Below, in pieces: positions 1 to 10,655 of a stretch of 64,000 nucleotides of DNA (within the stretch, counting starts at the first letter, position 1; every line of letters starts with the position of its first letter). Under the pieces are notes generated by a model that did not search any database, was not told where the DNA came from, and saw only the letters and a list, made by a program, of their open reading frames with translations. The stretch is from Camelus dromedarius (Eukaryota). Where the stretch lies: contig NC_087436.1 of NCBI RefSeq assembly GCF_036321535.1, positions 105,650,001 to 105,714,000 of the forward strand, written 5' to 3'. A program made the position numbers and the translations under genes.

Positions 1-314
1 TACATGCTTGAGGTTAGCATGCTGTTAACTTTTTTCACCTGGTGGGGGTTTAGTATCTGCAAAACAACTCAAAGAATATTATCTATAGCCCCTGAGGAGG
101 AACTAAAGGTCCTTAATTTTGTTTGATGGCTAAAGTATTATTATTTTGTCTTGCTTGGCTCTTTTCCTTCGTTTCTGCACCTTCTCACTTCTCTGATTAA
201 ATTTGCTCTTTGGAACTCGAGGAACGCCTAGGAGGCTAAAGGTTTTCCATAAACCAGAGGAAGGGAACACGAGGGGTCCACGAAGAAGGCCCCGCAGAGT
301 CCTGCTCAGTTTCA
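1..314 (-). mobile_element. ERV1-class LTR (MER41-like), truncated by the window start
   Basis: Ends in ...gtcctgctcagtttca (TGAAAC terminus on the minus strand). The body gtatctgcaaaacaactcaaa...gaggaggaactaaaggtcctt resembles MER41-like LTRs of laurasiatherians. Confidence 0.65.
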
Positions 315-1251
315 AAACCAGTGAGAACCAGTTGGTGGAGCAAATTCACGAGGCAATAGCCTTTCTTCTCAGTTGTCAGTTGGGTTCAAGGAAAGGTTTT
401 TAAATAACACATTAGTCCTTTAAAAGGTAAAAATAACCACTGGGGATGGGTTTCTGGCTAAGGTTCAGTTTGACTCACTGCCTTAAAAGTCTGAGGAACC
501 AGGGTGGCAAAGCCTGGAAAGGCTGGAAAGTGAGTCTGCCCCAGGTGACTGAAAAGCTCTCATGGGCACTTCTAGTCAGTATATAAAAGCAAACACACAA
601 GACTGCTCTTGTCTGTGAATAGAGAATAATTTTCAAAAAGAGAGGCAGAACCTTCATTTAGCCTTAATCAAAACCAGCCTGCCTTTGGACCCCACTGCTT
701 CCAACTCGCTTTCACGCCAAGTAGTCAAGAAGAGCGTTGCCCTGGTTGTGGAGATGCCAACCCCTGTAACTTGCCCAGGGACACTGCCTCACTGGCCCTG
801 TCTCTGCCATTCGGGAAGGGGGCCCACAGGCTTCGCACAGAGGCAGATGTGGGAGGCCACGGGGCCCCACGGAGCTGGTGCTCACCTCGTGTCTGGCCAG
901 TGGCTCCAGCCTTATAATTACTGGGAAGCTTGTTGCAAATAGATTCTCTCTTCTCCCTTTGGATTTCACAGCTCTGGGATATAGCCCAGGAAGCTGTATC
1001 TTTTTTTTTTTTTTTTTTCTTTTCACTTCCCTGGGTGATCCTGGTTTCCTCCACCTTGCAAGCCACACCCAAGGGCATGACAAACAGTGACTAAACATTT
1101 CAGCCAGTGGAGCTGGGGAGGGGAGAAGGAGAGGTCTTGTAGGAATTTGGGAAATACCTTTATCATTCGCAAAATTGCTGAGCAGGGAGAGAAGCCTCAA
1201 ACCAACCAAAAAAGTAACCAAAGCCCCCATGCAGTACTGAATTGCTGAGCT

Positions 1252-1257
1252 TTTAAT
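1252..1257 (-). terminator. SOD3 polyadenylation signal ATTAAA (cleavage probably ~1230-1240)
   Basis: The plus strand has tttaat. On the minus strand it is followed ~30 nt later by a GU/U-rich element (GGTTACTTTTTTGGTTGGTTTG). Confidence 0.65.
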
Positions 1258-1419
1258 GTGCAACACAAAGACTGTCAAACAGCCCCCAAAGGAGCAGCTC
1301 TCTGGGGCAGGGGTGGGGGGAATAGCTGGAGACACTGGGCAGGGGCTCCTAAGTGCAGGCTGCACATGCTGGGGGTGGGAGTGCTGGGCAAGCCCAAGAG
1401 GGGGTCTCCAAGCGGGAGT

Positions 1420-2015
1420 GGGGGTGGGGGGTGTCAGGGTGGAAAGGGACCCCAGGGAGTCTGGAAGACCCTCAGGGTAAATGGGAGTATTTCAGTATCT
1501 CTGGGGGTCCTCAGAGCTCGGGGTGCCCTCAGGATGAAAGAGGCTGTCTCAGCACATGGTTGGAGGCCTTAAGATGGAAGGGATTTGGGGGGATCTCAGC
1601 CATGGCAGAAGTGGTACCTCAGATGGAGAGTGTCTCTGGGAGCAGGAGAAAAATCAAGATGGGGGTGGGGAGGGGGACTTGGGTCACATGGAGGGGATCT
1701 TGGGCTTTTGGAGAGGTGTCAGGGTGTAGAGGGGTCCGGGGGTTTTTGGAGTGATGTCAAGGCATAGAGGGATCCTGGGATAGACAGAGGAGGTCCTGGG
1801 TCACACGGAGGGCATCTCGGGCGCTTGGAGGGGTGTCAGGGTGTGGAGGGGATTCCAGAGAGCATGGAGGGGTCTCAGGTGCTTACAGGGGTGTCAGGGC
1901 ACAGAGGGGATCCTGGGGTCCCTAGAGAAGGGCCTGGGGCACATGGAGGGGATCCCGGATGCCTGGAGGGGTGTCGGGGCTTGGAGGGGGTCCCGGGGCA
2001 GGTGGAGGGGGCTCT
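1420..2015. repeat. Degenerate ~18-21 bp tandem repeat (TGGAGGGG-core) in the SOD3 3'UTR
   Basis: Recurrent units such as tggaggggtgtcagggtg / tggaggggattccagagagca / tggaggggtctcaggtgct / tggaggggatcccggatgcc / tggaggggtgtcggggct. Confidence 0.75.
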
Positions 2016-2036
2016 CTGGCCGCGGCAGGAGGGCGC

Positions 2037-2768
2037 TCAGCTGGTCTTGCACTCGCTCTCGCGCCGCCGCTTCTTGTGCTCGGCGTGCTCCTGCGCCTGG
2101 CGCGCCCAGGGCCCGGGCCCGCACAGCCCCACCACGCAGCAGGCCAGCCGGCGGCCCGCGTTGCCGTTCTCCACGCTGGCCTGGTTGCCGCCGCGGCCCA
2201 GGTCATCCTCGCCCTCGTGGACCACCACGGCGCGGCCCACGATGGCGTGCGGCCCGCAGAGCGAGGCGTTCAGGCCGGAGCGGTACTTCCAGAGCTGGCC
2301 GTCGCGCACGGCGAAGTTGCCGAAGTCGCCCGGGTGCTTCGGGTGCGGCACCCCCAGCGGGTTGTAGTGCGGCCCGGTGGTGTCGCAGCCCTGGGTCAAG
2401 TCCCCGAACTGGTGCACGTGGATGGCGCGGCTGGTGACGTTGGGCTCGGTCGGGAAGCCCTCCAGGTGGAAGAAGGCCTCGAGCAGGGCGCCGGGCCGGA
2501 GCTGCCGGAAGAGCACGAGGCCCCTCACCCGGGGCTGCGCCGCGGCCAGCGCGGCCGACGGCAGCACGCGGCAGGCGGCGTGCAGCGCAGCATCTTGGCC
2601 ACTCGCCGCCCGCCGCTGCTTCATCTCCTGCCAGATCTCCGTCACTTTGGCGTGCATGTCGCGGATCTGCTCCTCCATGCCGAAGCCGGGGTCCTGCGGG
2701 TCTGGGTTGGTCCAGGCTTCCGAGGCGTGTGTCGCCATGAGCAGGTAGGCACAGAGCAGCGCCAGCAT
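2037..2768 (-). CDS. SOD3: Extracellular superoxide dismutase [Cu-Zn] (EC-SOD), 243 aa precursor, single coding exon
   Basis: Signal peptide MLALLCAYLLMATHASEA|WT. Cu/Zn ligand motifs AIHVHQFGDL, GPHYNP, HPKHPGDFGNF and GRAVVVHEGEDDLG (H117, H119, H134, H142, H145, D148, H184), plus GNAGRRLACC. Sequon N110-V-T and a C-terminal basic heparin-binding tail KKRRRESECK. Kozak-like context CCAGCCATGC. Confidence 0.98.
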   Translation of the reverse strand: MLALLCAYLLMATHASEAWTNPDPQDPGFGMEEQIRDMHAKVTEIWQEMKQRRAASGQDAALHAACRVLPSAALAAAQPRVRGLVLFRQLRPGALLEAFFHLEGFPTEPNVTSRAIHVHQFGDLTQGCDTTGPHYNPLGVPHPKHPGDFGNFAVRDGQLWKYRSGLNASLCGPHAIVGRAVVVHEGEDDLGRGGNQASVENGNAGRRLACCVVGLCGPGPWARQAQEHAEHKKRRRESECKTS

Positions 2769-2787
2769 GGCTGGAGTCGGGCACCTG
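2769..2787 (-). other. SOD3: SOD3 intron 3' splice acceptor (AG at 2786-2785) and 16-nt 5'UTR part of the coding exon (exon starts at 2784)
   Basis: The minus strand reads ...cccgcag|GTGCCCGACTCCAGCCATG. The exonic part matches the human SOD3 cDNA just upstream of the ATG as I recall it. Confidence 0.88.
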
Positions 2788-3329
2788 CGGGCACCCGCAG
2801 GGGGTGGGGGCAGAGCGAGACTTAGTCACTGGAAACCTGAAATCCCAGGGACCCTGGTGTCCTTGAATCCAACCTCCCCTCTCCCCACCAGGGGGCTTCC
2901 TTGCCCAGCGTGCTTTTGTTCTTTCGGCCCCTGTCTCTCCAGGGCCTGCTGTGTTCCAGGAACTGTATTCGGTGCTGTGGTGGTAAAGATAAATGAGACA
3001 TAATCCCAGAAAATTCACAGGAGTCTTTCTGAGCCACAGATCTGAGCAAGGACCTCCCAAGCCCCATCTCCATGGCATGGGGAGTCTCAGGACAGTCTGC
3101 CCAGGGGTAGGGCTTGACTCCAGATACATGAGGGAGGCTCTCATGGCCCTTCCAGATCTCCCTCTCCCCATCTCCGTCCCTCATCTCTGCCCCCCTTCCC
3201 TCTGCATCCTCTCTTGCAGGCATGGGTAAGGCTTGCTGCCCCTGCCTACTTGCATTTCCTGTGCCTTTTCTCTAAAGTGCCCTACCCCTCTTCCCTGTCA
3301 TGCTCTGTAAACTTGAAGCCAGAAACTCA

Positions 3330-4270
3330 GTTTTATTCATCAGTATCCCCAGCATCTGGGTTTGCATCTGGCAGCAGGAGACATTTAATATGTAAATGTT
3401 GAATGAGGAGTTCACTGAGAGACAGACATGTCATCAAATCATTCCAATGCCATCTTGTGATTGAAGATGGAGCGTTGTACTAGGAAAGGACAGAGTAAGT
3501 AGTGCCCATCTCCCTGGGAGACTCCAGGAGGGCTTCCCAGAGGAGGTGACTTTTGAGGGTCTCACAAGACAAGTAGCAGTTTTTCAGCCAAGCCAGGTCA
3601 GAAGCCCATTTCAGGCAAGAGTCACAACCGGCTGTGAAAGGACACAGTTCATTTTGTGGGTGGGGGAAATTCAGTGTGGCTGGAACATGGCCTGTGCCTC
3701 CAGGGAGGACTCAAGGCTGAAGAGAAAACTTTGAGCCAGGGATTGAGGAGCTGGGTTTGCTGTGCTAAGGTGTGCGGCTATTAGCCAGGAGGCTAGTGCT
3801 GGCGGAAGTTTCTAAGCAGAAGACTGAGTGTTGAGATAGTTTTTAGTTTATTAACTCTGGAGAAAGTTTGGGCTGGACTTCAGGGATGGAGAGGACAGTG
3901 AGAAGGAATGGGAATAGCCTAGGAAGAAATAGAGACACAGAGGAGAAATACAGACAGAAGGAGGTACTTTAAGAGGCAGTAGCAACAGTTCAGACCAGAA
4001 AAGATGAAGGCTTTTCCTGAGATGGAAGCAAAGATAGAGGAGGGCGTGGGTTCAGGAGACATCTTGGCTAGCACTGGCAGCAGGGAAGAGGAACTGAGGA
4101 TGACTGAGTTCCCAGCAGGAGAGACTGGCTGGCTGGATGGTGGTACCAGGCCCTGAGAAGAAGGGAGAGAGGGCAAATTCGGCCTGAGCCTGCAGAGGGC
4201 AAGATGCTGGTGACTGCCCAGGTGAGATGTTCAGCAGATGGTTGGAAACAAGGGTTCTGGTGCTCGGAAG
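3330..4270. mobile_element. LINE-2 fragments in the SOD3 intron
   Basis: L2-type motifs ggagggcttcccagaggaggtgacttttgag and ...aatatgtaaatgttgaatga. Confidence 0.5.
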
Positions 4271-4284
4271 GAGCAGTGGCTGGA

Positions 4285-4430
4285 AGGGGTTCTCAGTGTT
4301 GGCTGCACATCAGATTCTGGTTCTTACAAATCAGGCGCCCAGGCCTCACCCAAGGGATTCTGATTCAGTGGGCATGAATTGTTTTGTTTTGTTTTTTTAA
4401 AGCTCCATCAAAGATTCTGGGACCCAACCA
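4285..4430. mobile_element. MER5-type hAT-Charlie fossil
   Basis: ggttctcagtgttggctgcacatcaga...cccaggcctcaccc...gattctgattcagtggg...ttttaaagctcc. Confidence 0.6.
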
Positions 4431-4454
4431 TAGAATCAGTCACATAAACTGACT

Positions 4455-5200
4455 GTAACATCATGGGGGAAGTTACTGACTCTCTCTTGGCTGTAAAACA
4501 AGGCTGATAATACCACCGAGGGCCACTGGGAGGATTAAATGAGATATGATACGCCAGGCTATTTTCCCATTTTAAAGTCTGTCCACAGGGATCATCACTG
4601 CCTCCAAGGGACTGATTTGAGGATCAATTGCACTTTCAAAGGCCTTCTCCAGTCCCAAAGCAGGTGCTATTTTAAAATTAGATTCTGAGGTTGAGTGTTT
4701 ATTCTTTCCATAACCATTACAGAAAGGCAGTCTAGTATGGTGATTGAGAGAATGGAATCCGAAACTTACTGGCTGGATCTGAAGCCTGACTGCCACTCAG
4801 TCTCTAAGGGTAGCTGAATTGCTATTTTCACTGCAGAGTAGCAGAGAAAACGCTGGACTGCAGACTCAAGTTGGGCTCTCTCCCTCCTCTCTGGGCCTCG
4901 GTTTTCTTATCTGCAAATAGAGGTAACAATACTTCCCTTAGAGACTTGCTGTGAGGCTTAAAAGACACAATTAGAATTGCTGATATTTGCTGAAGACAAG
5001 GGCAGGCACTATTAAAAGCACTTTGCATATGTTAATTCATGTAAGCCTCACAAAAACCCTATAGGATGGGTGTTACCTTTATCCCCATTCTATTGTGTGG
5101 GAAACTGAGGCACCGAGAGGCGAGGGGCAAGACCCTAGGTGAGGGTCTTGCCCGAGAGCTTACACATTCAGTAATGGCTGAGGCAGGATTTGAAAGTGTG
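4455..5200. mobile_element. Cluster of MIR SINEs (both orientations)
   Basis: MIR core motifs ctctgggcctcggttttcttatctgcaaatag, gaggattaaatgagat and cccattctattgtgtgggaaactgaggc. Confidence 0.7.
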
Positions 5201-6401
5201 TGGTCTGTTTACCTTAGGCACTTAGCCCAGAGCCTGGTATGTAGAAAATTCTCAGTTAATGGCTGCTCTTAGTAAGAAACTGCTGATAGATTTCAGGACC
5301 TGAAAGCTGAAAGATGCTGTTGAAGCCGTGGGAGGAGGACGTAGCCAGGAAAGGCTCCGGAAAGGAGTGACAGGTAGGGGGAGAAGTCTAGAAAGTGACC
5401 TCAAAGGAACCACCTCTAATGTGGCCTGGTTACTATGGTGAAGCCCCAAGGAGTGGGTGCAGGAAGGAGGGGACCAACCCTGAGGCCAGACCTTGGCCTC
5501 AAGCTCTCCGTCATCATCAAGTGACCATGCCCCTCCTTCTGAGCTGGTCCTGCCCTTCAGGAGGGCTCTGCCAATTGGAAGATTTTTTTCTTAAAAACAT
5601 GGAGCAAAATCAGATTGTTTTGGATGTGGCCATTCTTTTGAAGAATGATTGGGTATTAATTAACACTTGAAGGAGAAATTGTCCTCTTAACAAAAAGCAA
5701 ATTCTTCTTGGATCCTGAACCAGGGGAAGTCCTGACTCCTTGGGTCTTAAACTTTCCCTTCGAGTCCTGGAGGCCAGCCCGCAGAAGGCTCACCCTTCCC
5801 ACACAGTCTCCAACTTAGTTTGAGCTGTGCGTGGCCAAGTGGTTTTTTTGAAGGCTTCACTGGTCCAGAGGTGGGGAGGCCAAGGTTATCACCGCACAGA
5901 GACAATGCAAGCCACCAAGCCGGTGCCTCCTTCCTGGGTCTGGGTTTGGGAAGACTGCACACCCCTGAAGGCTCTGGGAGGTTCTAAGGCCAGGGCTCTC
6001 TCCGAGAAGGGCCCTGATTGCAACCCTAAGCCAGCCAGCCCCACCCCCCACCCCCGTGTGCCTCTCCTAAACAGGTGGCTTTTCCTAGCCACCCACGCCA
6101 AGCAATATCCAGAGAAGCCGCCTTCCTCACTGTTATCTCTAACCTGAGGACACCAGAGTCCTCTCGGACTGGCCTTGTTAGATCCCAGAACAGTCACTTT
6201 CTCCCCAGTTGCCTTCTTCACCTCTCTCCCCACCTCCCCACTCCTCCCCTTCAGAGCAGCTGGGCCCGGTCATGAAGTGTGTTTCTCTCCCCAGAAGATG
6301 AACAAATACTCTTCCAAGAAGAGGTCGGATGCCCCGCCCCAGGATCAGACTCAGTAAGCAGGCTCTGAGAAGCATGAAATGAACCTTGACTTGGCACCCA
6401 C

Positions 6402-6550
6402 CTTTCCAGCTCTTCCAAGAGAGCTTTTCCTCCTGAGAAATGGGGAGCAGCACCCTGCCGCAGTTCGCAGGAATGTGGGCAGACTCCCGGCTGTTTGTGG
6501 CCGCGCAGGGAAGCAGCGGGAGGAGTGGTCACCGCGAGGAAAGAAGGTCA
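6402..6550 (-). other. SOD3: SOD3 upstream non-coding exon; donor GT at 6401-6400; intron 2785-6401 (~3.6 kb); 5' boundary/TSS approximate
   Basis: The minus strand reads ...CAGGAGGAAAAGCTCTCTTGGAAGAGCTGGAAAG|gtgggt. This closely resembles the recalled human SOD3 5'UTR (...CAGGAGAGAAAGCTCTCTTGGAGGAGCTGGAAAG-GTGCCCGACTCC). Confidence 0.8.
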
Positions 6551-6760
6551 TTGGGCCGGCTTAGGGAGGGGAGCAGGCCGGGCGGGCCTTGCTGAATTGC
6601 CTCACCTCTTCCAGCTCTGCCCCCTCCTCCCCCCACCTCAGTTCCCTGGCCCAGTATTCCTTTTCGTGACGTAACTGATTTGTGCAGACTTAGCAAGTGA
6701 CCTTCAGGGCGCAGCAAGGGAATAAAAAGTCGACAAAAAATAGCCTGTTTGGAGAGGTGT
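6540..6760 (-). promoter_or_regulatory. Putative TATA-less SOD3 proximal promoter
   Basis: Locally GC/CpG-enriched. GC box GGGCGG at 6580-6585, CCAAT on the minus strand at 6550-6554, a purine-rich GGAGGAGGGG tract and a CRE/CEBP-ATF-like TGACGTAA at 6667-6674. It lies directly upstream of the non-coding exon. Confidence 0.6.
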
Positions 6761-7479
6761 ACAATGGCCTCTTTTCTTGAGAGGCCCTTTGCTCTCCCCT
6801 GATTTCCTCAGCTACTGATTTATTTTTGCTGGATGCTTCTAAGGTGGAAATGGACACCCTGCAAATGTGTGTGATGTTTTCTCCAGAACTCTGCTGCTGC
6901 ACCTGTGAGAGGTGAGAGGCAGGTGGGGTAGTGGTCACACTCTCATGCTGCAGAATCCCGGCTGCGTTTCTTCCTTAGGATGTGCTCCTGGACCAGCTCC
7001 CTGTGCCTCTGTTTCATCATCTGTAAAATGGGGATATGAGGCTAACCCGGTGTCCGGCACGTAATCACACTCATCCTTTGTTCTCACTTCCTTATTCAAG
7101 TGATGGAGGAGTCTTTTAAAAGAGTGTGTGGTTTGGGAGTACCATGAGTCTTTCCCTCCTCCAGGGGTCTTTCTTGCTTTGCTGCCATGATCTTTCTTCA
7201 ATCACAGAAGCTCTTTCCAGAAATAGAAGCTCTCCCCTCCTCTAGAAAAGCCCACATGGGAAAAGGCAGCTTGCCCGCCTGCCTGTCTGCCCTCCAGTCT
7301 TCCTTCAATAAACGCCTAGTGGGTGCTCACTCCACTGTGTGCCGGTACCCAAAGCTGTATGCGTCCCTGCCCTCTGGGGTTCATGCTCTGGGGAGTGTGC
7401 AGCAGTGTCAACAGATCCCTCCAGTACAGAGTGGGGACTACAGCTGGGAGGGATGGACAGGGTCCCTAGACACCCAAAC

Positions 7480-7630
7480 ACTGGTCCTGGCCGCAGGAAA
7501 GCTTGTTCAAAAAACTAGACTTCTGGGCCCCATCCCAGGCTGAGTGAATCAGTTGCCAGCAGGGCTTCCTGGAATCATCTTTTTAAAAGCTGGTTATTCT
7601 AGGGGACAACCAGGCTTGGGAACCTCCACT
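7480..7630. mobile_element. MER5A-like fossil
   Basis: ggaaagcttgttcaaaaaactagacttctgggccccatccc...ggaatcatctttttaaaag...ttgggaacctccact. Confidence 0.5.
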
Positions 7631-8139
7631 TGGCAGGAAGAACTCAAATTAAAGATCTTTGTCCTGGGGCAGCCATTTCGCAAGACAAGATTTCTGGGAA
7701 CTCAGAGCCTCCAGCCCTTTGCCCCGACACCAGTCCTTCTGGCTCACTGAGACCCAAAGCATCATCAGCGCAATCCTTGCCTTTCCGCAGTCTGTTGATG
7801 GGCATGGGTGCCCTTGACAATGACTTTTCAGAGTTCCAGATGCTGCCTGCCACTCTGCCCCACCCCAAAACATTCTGGTTTCTCATTGTGAACCTTTCAT
7901 CCAACTTAAAAAAAAAAATCTGTGTTTCATTCAATTCTTGAAGTAATAAGTATACAATTGCATAACTATTATATCAAGTGGCACTCTCTTCACTTAACCT
8001 AATTTTGTTTCTTTTAAAGGCCGAGAAAGATTTCCTCCATTACAGTAGGCTAGGATTGGTGTTGAAAGTTTATATTCACTTTCCTTTTTATGGAATTCTA
8101 CAGGAAATGTGCCCTTTTTTCCCACCCGACCCTGGCAAC

Positions 8140-8590
8140 ATCCATTCCTCTTTCCTTTGGCAACAGCACCCCAATTTCCTGCTTGGGAACCACTGTGTTT
8201 TCAGTCTGTGCACGAGTATTGCTCCAGAGGTGGACTCCTGACCAGTCATAACATTGCATTGGTTCCGGGATAATCTATTCAGAGCCAATGAGATGCAATG
8301 ACATTTCTGCTGGGACTGTGTTGTAAGAGAGGCATCTTCTTTTTCCCAGCAGACTTAAAACTGGAGGAGAAGGAGTGGCGTTATTGCCCCGACTAAGGGA
8401 GAACCTGTCTGAGGATGGGGCGGTGGGGAGAAGTGGAATAAAAATAGTGAAACTTGGACCCAGTGCTCTGTTTAAGCCCCCGGATCCAGCTCTGTCTAAA
8501 ACTCTCTTTTCATTATGTGAGTCAAATACGTTCTCGTTTTGCTTAAGTTGTTTGGGTTGAGTTTTCTTCATCTGCAACTGAACACTTAAC
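8140..8590 (+). mobile_element. Old MaLR (MLT1-type) LTR
   Basis: gccaatgagatgc, ggatccagctctgtctaaa and the terminal gcttaagttgtttgggttgagttttcttcatctgcaactgaa. Confidence 0.55.
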
Positions 8591-10124
8591 AGAACACTTT
8601 CTTGTGTAGAATTTATTTAATGCTCGCAATAATTTTGTGGGATGGGTGTTAATTAGCCCACTTTATAGATAAAGAAACGAAGTTCGGAAAGAGCAATTAT
8701 TCTTTCTGAATAATAGGTCAATTATACTTAAAGTTAAAAAAAAAAAAAAAGGTGGGGGGAGAAGAAATAATGGGCCCAAAGTTGCAGAACTAGAAAATGG
8801 CAAAGTCAAAGTTTCAACACAAGACTGATTCCTAATCCTGGCCCCTTAACCATTGCACTTTATTACCTCCCAGCCTGAAGGGGAGATGGAAGAAAGTTAG
8901 AAACAAGTGCGTCTACACCTCGGAGTTATCTCTGTAACATCTGTGACTGCTCTGCAGATGGGACGCCTAACCACTGACCTGTCGTCCTTGCCCCACCCGT
9001 CAGTGTGTAACATCACAGAAAAGCAAGCGAGCGTCATAAAGCAGCCGTATTAGGAGATTCAGTCAAAAGCCTCCTGTCTCTGTAGAAGAAATTTCTGCTT
9101 GAGAACGTTGTACTTCTTTTACCAGGGGTATCAGTTGTGAATCGCTTCCTTTTTATCGTGCTCAGAAAACCGGTAGCATTAAATTCTACCATAAAGAAAT
9201 AAAGTAGTTACCAAGAGGAGAAAATTTTGAAAGCAACCGTTAGGGCTTCAGGTTGCCTCCTTCAAAGGGCAGGTTCTGAGTGAAGACAGTTTACCCAACC
9301 AGAGTACTTCAGACATACCCGAGAATACGTCAAGTGTGACTTGCCTGCCTGAGGTTCTCCCAGGAGCCCCCTGGGGAGTAGAAATGGGATCAGGGATCTG
9401 CACTGTTCAATCTTGGATCCTGTTTCTTTGTCTAAACACATCAGGGTAATCTGGGGAAAAGGAGATACTTGTTGGCAAGGGGACAGGGAGGAGAGAATCA
9501 TCATTCTTATTAACAGTCATAAAATAATACCATCTCACATGTATTAAGTGCCTCTTGTGTGCCAGGCACTTGCTAAGTGATTTACATGCACCTTTTCATT
9601 GTAGTAATAGCGTTGCTCTTCAGGGAAGAAGAGAGACTGTATTCTGGGTCCACACCATGTTCTGGGAAGTTTCCTATTCACCGTGAACGTGTCACCCTTC
9701 CGTTCAAATGTGCGTGAATCAGAAGGTGATGAAAACCAGTCAGAACCAGGAACTTCTCAACTGGTTACACTTGGCTGGCCATGTGAGGAGAAATCCAATT
9801 GTAGCACATGAAAGCAGTGCCTTTCTGACCAGAAGGTTAAAGTGTGCAAAGTATTCTCTCAGGAAAACACCAAAGTGGAATCCCTCCAAGCTCAGTTCTT
9901 CATGGCCTCTGACCCTGCCTCTGGTTCCATTTTCTGCCCATACCTATGAGAGTACACTTAGGTCATTACTGCTTTGCCATCTAAAAACAAAATAGCAGTG
10001 TAAATAATTTAAAAGCATATCCATTGAAGTGCTTATTTCTTCAAAATAACTGCATGGTACACTCTACTTGGGGAAAGAGAAGCATTTTCAGCTTACTTTC
10101 TAGCCATATTTATTTTAAAATATT

Positions 10125-10655
10125 TGTTGACCCAGTGGCCACATCTACCCTCTTCTTGTTGCCTGCCTCCCACTATAGGAGCTGGAAAGCCAGGCACTTG
10201 TTTTCCCAGCATCCCTTTCAGCTAGTGGTGGTCATGTGACCCAGTTACAGCCAATGAGACATACCCTGATGTGACTTTGGGGAAAGCTCTTACCTTCATT
10301 ATAAAAGAGACAGAAATGGTTGGTGCTGCCTCTTTCTCATTCTTCTTGTCTTGAACGCCGCTTTGATGCCTAGCAATGTGACAGCTACCTTGGGACTGTA
10401 AGATGGTAAGAATGAGAACAAAAGCCAACATACACAGGATGAAGGGTAAAAGGTAAAAAGAAACTAAGTCCTCAAAAACTTCTTTGAAAAAAATTAATTA
10501 AATTAAAAGTTAAAGAGGGTGGAAGTGTCTCACTGAGCACCTTAACCAGCACCAGCACAGTTCTAGTTTTCTTGTGATAGGAGAAAATAACCACAATGTG
10601 TTTCACTTTTAGTGAGTTTCGGTTACTTGCAGCCAAATTCATGCCTAAGTGACAC
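10125..10655 (+). mobile_element. Old ERVL/MaLR LTR (LTR33/MLT1-like)
   Basis: ggagctggaaagcc...ttcccagcatccctttcagctag...catgtgacccagttacagccaatgagacata; ends ttacttgcagccaaattcatgcctaa. Confidence 0.6.

Larger units (their letters stand above)
2020..2800. other. CpG island covering the SOD3 coding exon
   Basis: Very high GC and dense CpG compared with the CpG-depleted remainder of the window. Confidence 0.85.

Noticed and set aside
1..314. Possible interferon-inducible (GAS) enhancer in the MER41-like LTR downstream of SOD3
   Set aside because: No intact TTCnnnGAA is visible in the part inside the window, and the family assignment is tentative.
1959..2825. 288-aa plus-strand ORF antisense to SOD3, plus other GC-rich ORFs at 1.2-3.2 kb
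   Set aside because: These are shadow ORFs expected from the very high GC of the SOD3 exon and its 3'UTR repeat; low-complexity G/A/R/P composition and no recognisable domain.
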